Counted from the stretch's first letter, positions 25,105-32,993 are shown. The stretch is 33,979 nt of DNA from Oscillospiraceae bacterium (GCA_017958265.1 JAGDDB010000173.1:1-33979), one strand, 5' to 3'. Notes: generated by a model from the letters alone, not told the origin. A program made the numbers and translations.

Positions 25105-25138
25105 ACATAATCTTGTATACATAATACATGGACATAAT
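25105..25138 (+). repeat. Three direct copies of ACATAAT
   Basis: ACATAAT at 25105-25111, 25119-25125 and 25132-25138, inside an AT-rich ~300-bp gap. Confidence 0.8.
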
Positions 25139-25169
25139 GCACAAAAATTTTATAAAACCGCATTTTTCC

Positions 25170-25198
25170 TTGATAAAATTCGGCTGTTGTAATATAGT
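25170..25198 (+). promoter_or_regulatory. Candidate sigma-A promoter for the SpoIIM-like gene
   Basis: TTGATA (25170-25175), 17-nt spacer, TATAGT (25193-25198). Confidence 0.5.
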
Positions 25199-25270
25199 TA
25201 TAAAGCATTTGAGAAGCATTCGGCGTATTATGATAAACTGCCGTTCATATCTTTTAACGAGGTGAATGAT

Positions 25271-25789
25271 ATGGACAGCAGATCTTTTGAAAGACGCGGA
25301 TTACTTATCTGTGTATTTATATTTCTTTCGGGCGGAGCATTAGGCGCATATTTTGCCCACTCTATCGATCGGGACGTTGCTTTTCATATAGTTGAACTGT
25401 GCCGCAGCGGCATTCCCGCGCTGTACGCCGTCATTTTGAATTTGTCGCTGCCCGTCCTGACATTGTTTTTGTCAACCTCCGTGATCGGATTTGTTTTTAT
25501 TCCGCCGCTTGATTTTGCGGGAGGTTTTATTGCTTCGTACATAATGACCGCCGTTCTGGCGGCGTCCGGTATAACTTTTTATTCTATCGCATATTTGGCC
25601 GTTCCGGCGTTTTTGGGAGCGGCGTGTCAGCTTTTCCTGTCAGCTCGCTGTATGCTGATATCTCTGTCCATAGGAAGGGAAAAAAGAGGTACGGCTGTTT
25701 TCGGCCGCCGGCAGACTGTTTTTGCCGCGCCGGCCGCTCTTATTATGCTTACCGCAGCGGAAATCATCTTTTACAGATTTACTCGCTGA
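25271..25789 (+). CDS. Polytopic membrane protein, possibly stage II sporulation protein M-like
   Basis: Four to five TM helices, of SpoIIM-like size. It neighbours xerD, as spoIIM does in B. subtilis. SD GAGGTG lies 6 nt before ATG 25271; the track ORF starts at GTG 25262. No diagnostic motif was recognised. Confidence 0.4.
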   Translation: MDSRSFERRGLLICVFIFLSGGALGAYFAHSIDRDVAFHIVELCRSGIPALYAVILNLSLPVLTLFLSTSVIGFVFIPPLDFAGGFIASYIMTAVLAASGITFYSIAYLAVPAFLGAACQLFLSARCMLISLSIGREKRGTAVFGRRQTVFAAPAALIMLTAAEIIFYRFTR

Positions 25790-25832
25790 GTATTTTGGAT
25801 CTCGCAGCCATCGTTCTGTATGAAAGGAGGAA

Positions 25833-26732
25833 ATGTATTTGAAATCGCCGGAGTTCTATATCGACGATTTTTCCGATTATTTAAAAAATGAAAAACACGT
25901 TTCCTCCAATACGCTGGTTTCATATATTCGTGACGTTAATCAATTTTCCGCATGGGTTTTCGAAAACGGTATTTCGGAGGTCTCCGGGATCGATCGGGAA
26001 ACGGTTGAAAATTATATAAGACATCTTAAAGGTTACGGGAAATCCTCCGCGACTCTTTCCAGATGCGCGGCTTCCCTGAAATGCTTTTTTGATTATCTTT
26101 TAAGAAAGCATATAGTCAACGCCAATCCTGCCGTAAAGCTTTCGCTGGATAAACATGCCCGGCGTCTTCCGCAGATCCTGTCAAACAGGGAAGTGGAAAC
26201 CTTCCTTGAGCAGCCGGATCTGAATGACGCGAAGGGAATACGCGACAAAGCCATGCTTGAGCTGCTGTACGCTACCGGAATACGCGTGACCGAACTTATT
26301 TCGCTCAATTATTCGGACGTCAATCTCGCCGCCGGGATAATAGACTGCAAAAACGGCGATAAAGAGAGAACGATCCCTATGTATTCCGTTGCGGTAAAAT
26401 CACTGAAGGACTATCTTGACAATGTCAGGCCGATGATGATAGCCGAAAGCAACGAGACGGCCTTATTTGTAAACGTAAACGGCAGCAGGATGTCCCGACA
26501 GGGTTTTTGGAAAATCGTAAAGTCTTATCAGAAGAAAGCGGATATAAAAAAAGATATCACCCCGCATACCCTCAGACATTCTTTTGCCGCTCATCTGCTG
26601 GAAAACGGCGCGGATATACATGCCATACAGGAAATGCTCGGACACGCGGACATATCATCCACGCAGATATATACCAAAGTCGTCAGAAAACAGCTTAAGG
26701 ATGTTTACAATAAGGCGCATCCTCGGGCGTGA
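25833..26732 (+). CDS. xerD: Tyrosine recombinase XerD
   Basis: N-terminal SAM-like domain (YLKNEKHVSSNTLVSYIRDVNQF). Catalytic residues are seen in ATGIRVTEL, HTLRHSFA and LGHADISSTQIYT. The start may instead be the in-frame TTG at 25839, 8 nt after GGAGG. Confidence 0.85.
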   Translation: MYLKSPEFYIDDFSDYLKNEKHVSSNTLVSYIRDVNQFSAWVFENGISEVSGIDRETVENYIRHLKGYGKSSATLSRCAASLKCFFDYLLRKHIVNANPAVKLSLDKHARRLPQILSNREVETFLEQPDLNDAKGIRDKAMLELLYATGIRVTELISLNYSDVNLAAGIIDCKNGDKERTIPMYSVAVKSLKDYLDNVRPMMIAESNETALFVNVNGSRMSRQGFWKIVKSYQKKADIKKDITPHTLRHSFAAHLLENGADIHAIQEMLGHADISSTQIYTKVVRKQLKDVYNKAHPRA

Positions 26733-26792
26733 GCCGCCGATATGCCGTCTTTGAGAATGCGGGATCGAAAAAGACAATACAGATGCAGAAAC

Positions 26793-26837
26793 AAGCCGTT
26801 ATTTGCCGGCAGCAGCTCCGGTAAAGAACGGCTTTTT
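26793..26837 (+). terminator. Terminator 1 after xerD
   Basis: AAGCCGTT (26793-26800) pairs with AACGGCTT (26827-26834), with an inner CCGG/CCGG stem. The T-run extends to 26837. Confidence 0.6.
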
Positions 26838-26863
26838 CATTTCGTATTTCCCGGCAATTTGCG

Positions 26864-26898
26864 CGGTCCCGACGAAGGAATGCCGGGGCCGTTTTTTT
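26864..26898 (+). terminator. Terminator 2 after xerD
   Basis: CGGTCCCG (26864-26871) pairs with CGGGGCCG (26884-26891), including one G-U pair, then TTTTTTT. Confidence 0.6.
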
Positions 26899-26931
26899 GC
26901 GCCGCTTCCGTCGGCACAATATGAAAAGCAG

Positions 26932-26960
26932 TTGCAAATCCGTGAAAATTGTACTAATAT
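26932..26960 (+). promoter_or_regulatory. Candidate sigma-A promoter of the giant surface-protein gene
   Basis: TTGCAA (26932-26937), 17-nt spacer, TAATAT (26955-26960). Confidence 0.55.
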
Positions 26961-27034
26961 TATAACCGTAATATTATATTTTTCGGTATGTTGCGGAAAA
27001 GGCATACCGAAGCGGTTTTGAATGCCGAATATTT

Positions 27035-27048
27035 GGATGATATCATCC
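27035..27048. promoter_or_regulatory. Perfect 14-bp palindrome GGATGATATCATCC next to the SD of the giant gene
   Basis: Self-complementary 14-mer lying 20 nt before ATG 27068 and abutting GGAAAGG. Confidence 0.5.
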
Positions 27049-27067
27049 GGAAAGGCGGATAGTTGCA

Positions 27068-30000
27068 ATGAAGGTAAAGAAGAGTGCGTTCGCGCTGCTG
27101 CTGAGCATCGTTATGGTGTTCGGCCTGCTGCCGGCCGCCGCGTTTGCAGGGGGACCGGGCGACGTCACGGAGCTTCCGCGAGTGGGCGGTTACAGGGAAG
27201 ATTTTGCGGATCAGTCTGCGCTGATCACAGACAGTGATCCGTTTGAACTCCGCGGTGAGCCAAACGGAGAATTCTTCTTTGTTATCTGCAGCGATGATGA
27301 TCTCAGTATTACCGATCTTGCATTTGAAGATCGGGTTGAAGACGCCATGTCCTGGGAACAGTCGGATAACGCAGGCAGAGTCTGGCGCGTTGGACTGCAC
27401 CCCGATTTCCCGGCAGACTGTGAGCGTTTCGACTGTTTCGCTGTCCTTTCAAACGGCGATGAGGAACGCTTCGGCGTATCGATCGCGGACCACCGCCCGG
27501 CTTTGGTCTGGCATTGGGCCGACAGGCATTGGGAGGACGCCCATGAGGACGCCGAGACCGGCGAGTGGATCGACGGCGGCGATGTTTTCACACCCCGCAC
27601 ATGGGAGAGGCCGGAATACGTTTTCGGCGTCTTCCCCGGAATGGACGCATGCGGCAGATTTGAGCTGCTGACCTGGGAAGAGGACAATGGTGACGAGCTC
27701 GTTTGCGTATTTACGCCGATCGCATATAATGACCTTGAATTTGCGGTAGACGGTCAGCAGAGCATATTCGACAAAACGGAAGAGAACAACGGCTGCTATA
27801 ACCTTTATTTCTATGATTTCGGCGTGTGCACGGTTACTTACGTTGATGAGGATCTGCACGAATACGTCTTCCGTATTTTTTCGGATCTTCCGGATGTAGG
27901 GTTTTACGATAACGGTGTTTTTGATGAGCAGACGGGAGAGCTTATCGAACTGAACGATAATACCCGCAGTATATGGATGGATGCGCATTTGGCGGCCTGG
28001 GACTTTGACGGCGAAAATGATACCGTCTGGCTTGTCGCACGCGACGGCGCGGTATTGACCGACGCTCATGAGTGCGGCCGGAATATCGGCGTTGACGTCG
28101 ATCTGTCTCAGGACGGCACTTACGCTGCCGTTGCGCTGACGGGTGATCACCCGCACGGCGATCGCCTTGAGCTTGATATCAGCGGCGTTTGGGGACACGG
28201 CGAACCCTTTGAGCACCACATGCGCGGCCTGAGCGTTTGTGATAAGACCCCGCATCTTGCCTTCCGCTATACCGATTGGGACAACGGTATCCCGTATATC
28301 TCACACGAATGGGGAGAAGGTTACGAGACCCTGCTTTCCGCCTCGCCGGGTGAGGATCGCGTGATCGAGATCGCTCTGTATGAAGAGAACGGCAACGGTT
28401 ATCCCGAACCGATCGAGATCGATCCGGCCGAAGTCGAAGTGATCTCCGGCCCCGCGGAGCTCGAGCTCGTGCAGGGCATTGACGATGAATGTTTTCTGCG
28501 CGTGCGTTTCACCGGCTTCGGGCCTGTCACGCTCAGCTGGACAGGCGAGAGATATGAGGGCGACGTCGCTGCGACCTACACGCTTTTCTGCGAAAGCATA
28601 CTTCCCGACGTCGCTTTCTACAGCGCATTGCCTGATACGGAGCAGGAATACTACGACTATTACATTTCACAGTGGGATTACCGCGGCGGGGACGATGCAG
28701 TATGGCTCGTTGCGCGCGGCGACAAACTGTTCACCAGAGTAGAAAGCGACTGCGACAGCATTCTGGATATAGACGAGATCCCGAACGAAGGCGTACAGGC
28801 CGCAGCCATACGTATCTCTGAGCTGCGCGGCGACCGCATCAACGTACGCTTCTGGGGAACCTTCAACGAGGGCCGCGACGAATTCGGCGGCGAATACGGC
28901 GACGGCCGCGAGCTGCGGGTCAACGACGTTTCGCCCGGCCTGTGCTTCCGTTTTACGGACTGGGACAATAACGGCCCGTTCATCGATTATAACAGAGTCC
29001 CGGATACCTATATGGATGCCGCACCCGGCGAGCGCCGGATAGTGGAGGTTTATCTGCGCGGCGATGACGGAGTCCTTTCTCAGAGTATCGATCCGGCACA
29101 GCTTGTCGTCACCGGCAGCGGTCATAACATGAATACAAGTCAGGATGATCGGGACTGGATCCCTCGTGACGAGCGGATATATCTGAACATTTCCTTTGAT
29201 GATTTCGGAGAAGTGACGCTGAGCTACGCGTCGAACGGTGTGATATATTCCCGCACCTTCGATTGCACACTCCCCGGCATAGGTTTCTACAGCGAAGTGC
29301 CGGAGACGGAAGAAGAATACTATGAATACTATTTGAATGAGCTGAACTATCACGGCGAGCCCGACGCCGCTGTCTTTCTCGTGATGCGCGGCGACGGAGT
29401 GATTTACAACGTCTGGAATTACTGCGATAATGTGCTTGATATCGACGAGATCCCTCAGCAGGGCGCAAAGAGCGTCCGCATAGGGATAGAAGAGCTTTTG
29501 AGCGATCGGATCGAAATCCGTGTCCAGGGCGACTGGGGCGGAGGCAATCTTTTCGGGTATCCGGAGGATGAGGGCGCTGAGCCCGGCGAAGGACGGGGCA
29601 TCCATGTCAACGATCTGCGTCCGGGCCATGTCTATACCGGTCTGTGGATAGGCTCCGGAGAGACAGAGATCACGGCGGATTACGGCGATACTGTCACGCT
29701 CCGGGTCGAAGCGGGCAACCTTATCCCGGAAGGCGTCCAGCACAATGAACTTAACTATCGCTGGTACCGGGTGCTCGTGCCCGCGGTTGATGAACCCGGA
29801 GAGTCGCCGTATGAGCTCATCAATTCCGCGATCGGACCGACGATGACGCTTACGGCAACAAGCGCGGGGACATACCGCTGCGTTGTGGGCGACGAGTTCA
29901 ACGATTACGGACCTGACGATAACTTCGCAATATACCTCGATTTCCGGGTGTCGGTCGAGAACGGTTTGGTGATAGGTACAGCGGAGCAATATTCTGTTGA

Positions 30001-32899
30001 GAATTCCGATACCGGCGATACACGTACCGTCACAGCCGACGAGAACGGGTTTATCAATATCCTGCCAGGAGAGATCGTCACGCTGGAGGCGCTGGCGTCC
30101 GCGACAGACAGCGAAAATCTGCGCTGCCAGTGGTTCCGCACGAACTTCGGACATCACCTGGAGATGTTGGACGGTTGTCAGAGCACGACCTTTGAGGCTT
30201 TTGAAAGCGACGAGTATATGTGCTGGGCAATCGACAAATACGGCAACGTCGAGTTCGCCGTTTTCAATGTTGAGGTACAAAACGATCTGCGTGTGGCCGA
30301 TATCACGCCCTCCGACCGCATAATCTATGTGGGAAGGGGCGATCAGCTGTCCATAACCGTTTCTGCGGAGTCGAACGACGGCGAGCCGCTGAACTACGCA
30401 TGGTATTTAGGAGAGGACTACATAAGCGATATTGACCCCGACGACACGGTCATCTGCCGGACGGACACGCTGACTATCGACAATGTCAACAGGGATTACG
30501 ACCTCGTGGTCGACATTTGGGACAACTACAATAACCATATGACCGTTCCGGTATACGTGCGGGCTGCAGACGGACAGATACTGTATGTCTCGACGCAGGA
30601 CGAACTTGCCGCCGCGCTCAGCAGCGATCAGCCGGTGTCTGCCGTATATATTACGGAAAGCTTCACGATAGACAGCGAATGTTTGATGCTTTTCGATACG
30701 GAGCATTATGAAAACTATCATAATGCCATGATCTTTATACGGCCCGACGTTACGCTGAGCGTTGCGGACGGCGGTTCGTTCGGCTGTCACTATTTCTCAT
30801 ATGAGCCGAATGAAACTTCGGATGATCCGACGGGATTCCTCTACAATGCCGGCACAATTATCGTAGCTGACGGAGGAGAGGTGATCGGCAGCTTTGATAC
30901 CAACGAGGGGACCGTAACTGTTGAAGGCGGCGGCACCTGTGTCGTACCGCTCAACAACTTCGGCGACATATATGTACACAACGGCGGCGCACTGCTCACC
31001 TCGCAGGGAACCTACTGCTGCAATTTCGGTACTGTTACGGTCGACGACGGAGGCCTGATGGAGGCACGCTTCGGCAGCACGATATTCAATGAATGGGGCG
31101 GCTGCATTACGCTCAACGGAGAGTTCCGCGTAGGCGTTTACAAAGACTATGACCTGTATGTATGGTTCGAAAATTACGGCGAGTGCACCGGACACGGACG
31201 CATCATCCTGTATCCTGTCGTTGACGACGCGGATTTGGACGAGGCTGTTGAGTCGGTTATGCAGATGCTCGGGCAGGAGCAGCGCTTCGGCGACGGCTTC
31301 TGGGACGACATAGAGATTTATCGAGAGCTGCGCGCGGCCAGCTTTGAGGAAATATCGGCGGCTTTCCCGGGTGATCGCGTCGTTGCCGGCGAGAACGTAG
31401 AGGGCGACATGGATACCATCGTGCGCCTTGACAGACCCGAAAACAACGAGCCCATTCCCGAAAACCCGACGCCCCTTAACGTAATGATCACGGGAAATAT
31501 CGCAACCATGGGCAAGATCATTATTCCCGATGACGTCGTCGTGACCGTCACATCCGGAGCGAGCCTGTCGGCAGGTATTGACAACTACGGAGTTGTCAAT
31601 GTGCTCCGGGGAGGCGAACTTGCCACCACGATGGGCAGCAGCATCAATAATTTCGGTACGATAGCCGTGGATGAGGGCGCGTCGCTCATAACTCAAATGG
31701 GCCAGGCTTATGCAGGCTTCGATTCGAGCATTCTTAAACTCGACGGCAAACTGTATGCAGGCTGCATCCGCTATCCGGATGACGACGGAGTAGCGAGAGA
31801 CCACGTTTGGTTTGAGGATCACGGCGGCGAATACTTAGGCAGCGGAACGATCATCCTGCATGACGTCGGTCAGGAAAGCGGTCAGCAAATCGAAAATATG
31901 GCTGCTCTCATCGCCCGGGTGCAGGCTGCTGTTGCAGGCAGCAATACCATAACCGTGCGCGGAGAAAACAGCGGCAGCGACGGTCTGGTACAGGATTCAG
32001 ACGGCGTGTTCCGTTACTATCGCGACGGAGTGCTGCAGAGCGGCTTCACCGGCTTCGTACCCACCGATTACGGCACATGGTACATAATTCAGGGCGTGCT
32101 GGACAGGAGCGTCAGCGGCCTTGTGCAGACCGATCAAGGCTGGCAGCTGGTATATGAGGGACAGCTTGCCGATTGGTATACCGGTCTCTTCATCAACGAT
32201 TACGGAACCTGGTACATTTACAACGGCCTGCTTGCCGACTGGTATGCCGGTCTTGTGGGCACCGATTACGGCTGGTGGTACGTATATAACGGCCAGCTTG
32301 CAAATTGGTACACCGGCCTTGTGCAGAACGAATACGGCTGGTGGTATGTATACAACGGCCAGCTTGCCGACTGGTATACCGGTCTTGTGGGAACCGATTA
32401 CGGCTGGTGGTATGTATACAACGGCCAGGTAGCAAACTGGTACACCGATCTTGTGCAGAACGATTACGGCTGGTGGTACGTTTACGAGGGACAGATCGCG
32501 AACTGGTTTACCGGTCTTGTACAGAATGATTACGGCTGGTGGTACGTATATAACGGCCAGGTGGCAAACTGGTACACCGATCTTGTGCGGAACGAATACG
32601 GCTGGTGGTATGTATATAACGGCCAGCTTGCAAATTGGTACACCGGCCTTATACAGAATGATTACGGCTGGTGGTACATATACAACGGTCAGCTTGCCGA
32701 CTGGTTCACCGGCCTTGTGCAGAACGATTACGGCTGGTGGTACATCTATAACGGTCAGATCGCTAACTGGTACACCGGCGTATTCACCAACGATTACGGC
32801 ACCTGGTTCATCTACGAGGGCTCGCTCGGCGACTGGTTCACCGGCTCCTATGAGCAGAACGGCGTTACTTATCAATTTGTCGGCGGACACTGTGATTGA
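27068..32899 (+). CDS. 1943-aa secreted, cell-wall-anchored multi-repeat surface protein
   Basis: Signal peptide MKVKKSAFALLLSIVMVFGLLPAAAFA. It is followed by repeated ~230-aa modules, three Ig-like units, a duplicated Gly/Asn-rich solenoid-like module and ~13.5 aromatic 22-aa C-terminal repeats. Confidence 0.9.
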   Translation: MKVKKSAFALLLSIVMVFGLLPAAAFAGGPGDVTELPRVGGYREDFADQSALITDSDPFELRGEPNGEFFFVICSDDDLSITDLAFEDRVEDAMSWEQSDNAGRVWRVGLHPDFPADCERFDCFAVLSNGDEERFGVSIADHRPALVWHWADRHWEDAHEDAETGEWIDGGDVFTPRTWERPEYVFGVFPGMDACGRFELLTWEEDNGDELVCVFTPIAYNDLEFAVDGQQSIFDKTEENNGCYNLYFYDFGVCTVTYVDEDLHEYVFRIFSDLPDVGFYDNGVFDEQTGELIELNDNTRSIWMDAHLAAWDFDGENDTVWLVARDGAVLTDAHECGRNIGVDVDLSQDGTYAAVALTGDHPHGDRLELDISGVWGHGEPFEHHMRGLSVCDKTPHLAFRYTDWDNGIPYISHEWGEGYETLLSASPGEDRVIEIALYEENGNGYPEPIEIDPAEVEVISGPAELELVQGIDDECFLRVRFTGFGPVTLSWTGERYEGDVAATYTLFCESILPDVAFYSALPDTEQEYYDYYISQWDYRGGDDAVWLVARGDKLFTRVESDCDSILDIDEIPNEGVQAAAIRISELRGDRINVRFWGTFNEGRDEFGGEYGDGRELRVNDVSPGLCFRFTDWDNNGPFIDYNRVPDTYMDAAPGERRIVEVYLRGDDGVLSQSIDPAQLVVTGSGHNMNTSQDDRDWIPRDERIYLNISFDDFGEVTLSYASNGVIYSRTFDCTLPGIGFYSEVPETEEEYYEYYLNELNYHGEPDAAVFLVMRGDGVIYNVWNYCDNVLDIDEIPQQGAKSVRIGIEELLSDRIEIRVQGDWGGGNLFGYPEDEGAEPGEGRGIHVNDLRPGHVYTGLWIGSGETEITADYGDTVTLRVEAGNLIPEGVQHNELNYRWYRVLVPAVDEPGESPYELINSAIGPTMTLTATSAGTYRCVVGDEFNDYGPDDNFAIYLDFRVSVENGLVIGTAEQYSVENSDTGDTRTVTADENGFINILPGEIVTLEALASATDSENLRCQWFRTNFGHHLEMLDGCQSTTFEAFESDEYMCWAIDKYGNVEFAVFNVEVQNDLRVADITPSDRIIYVGRGDQLSITVSAESNDGEPLNYAWYLGEDYISDIDPDDTVICRTDTLTIDNVNRDYDLVVDIWDNYNNHMTVPVYVRAADGQILYVSTQDELAAALSSDQPVSAVYITESFTIDSECLMLFDTEHYENYHNAMIFIRPDVTLSVADGGSFGCHYFSYEPNETSDDPTGFLYNAGTIIVADGGEVIGSFDTNEGTVTVEGGGTCVVPLNNFGDIYVHNGGALLTSQGTYCCNFGTVTVDDGGLMEARFGSTIFNEWGGCITLNGEFRVGVYKDYDLYVWFENYGECTGHGRIILYPVVDDADLDEAVESVMQMLGQEQRFGDGFWDDIEIYRELRAASFEEISAAFPGDRVVAGENVEGDMDTIVRLDRPENNEPIPENPTPLNVMITGNIATMGKIIIPDDVVVTVTSGASLSAGIDNYGVVNVLRGGELATTMGSSINNFGTIAVDEGASLITQMGQAYAGFDSSILKLDGKLYAGCIRYPDDDGVARDHVWFEDHGGEYLGSGTIILHDVGQESGQQIENMAALIARVQAAVAGSNTITVRGENSGSDGLVQDSDGVFRYYRDGVLQSGFTGFVPTDYGTWYIIQGVLDRSVSGLVQTDQGWQLVYEGQLADWYTGLFINDYGTWYIYNGLLADWYAGLVGTDYGWWYVYNGQLANWYTGLVQNEYGWWYVYNGQLADWYTGLVGTDYGWWYVYNGQVANWYTDLVQNDYGWWYVYEGQIANWFTGLVQNDYGWWYVYNGQVANWYTDLVRNEYGWWYVYNGQLANWYTGLIQNDYGWWYIYNGQLADWFTGLVQNDYGWWYIYNGQIANWYTGVFTNDYGTWFIYEGSLGDWFTGSYEQNGVTYQFVGGHCD
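32000..32896 (+). repeat. Intragenic tandem repeat, 66-bp unit (about 13.5 copies), with a 132-bp two-unit identity in the central part
   Basis: The unit encodes DYGWWYVYNGQLANWYTGLVQN. Successive GATTAC/GAATAC unit starts are at 32264 and 32330. Two-unit matches start at 32420 and 32552. Identical runs reach 39 nt. Confidence 0.9.
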
Positions 32900-32930
32900 T
32901 CGATTTTAAGCACATTGATCCATAAAAAGT

Positions 32931-32966
32931 GTTGGGGTCAGGTCAAGAACCCGGCCCCAACATTTT
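32931..32966 (+). terminator. Terminator after the giant gene
   Basis: GTTGGGG (32931-32937) pairs with CCCCAAC (32955-32961), then ATTTT. Confidence 0.55.
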
Positions 32967-32993
32967 ACGGAAAAAAGAAAAGGAGAGATTTAT

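Noticed and set aside
25102-25112. dif site for XerCD
   Set aside because: On the minus strand TTATGTAAACA matches the XerD arm of Firmicute dif in 10 of 11 positions. The 17 nt where the central region and XerC arm should be (GTATTATGTATACAAGA) do not fit the dif consensus.
25026-25208. 60-aa minus-strand ORF in the AT-rich gap
   Set aside because: There is no SD upstream of its ATG (TAATACGCCGAATGCTTCTCAA precedes it). The composition is simply AT-rich translation (Tyr/Phe/Asn/Ile), and it spans the ACATAAT repeats.
28667-32890. Long minus-strand ORFs (28667-30280, 30797-31822, 31997-32890) and alternative plus frames inside the giant gene
   Set aside because: They are antisense or off-frame to a 1943-aa ORF with a signal peptide and coherent repeat architecture. 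The 31997-32890 ORF simply inherits the 66-bp periodicity. No start signals were seen.
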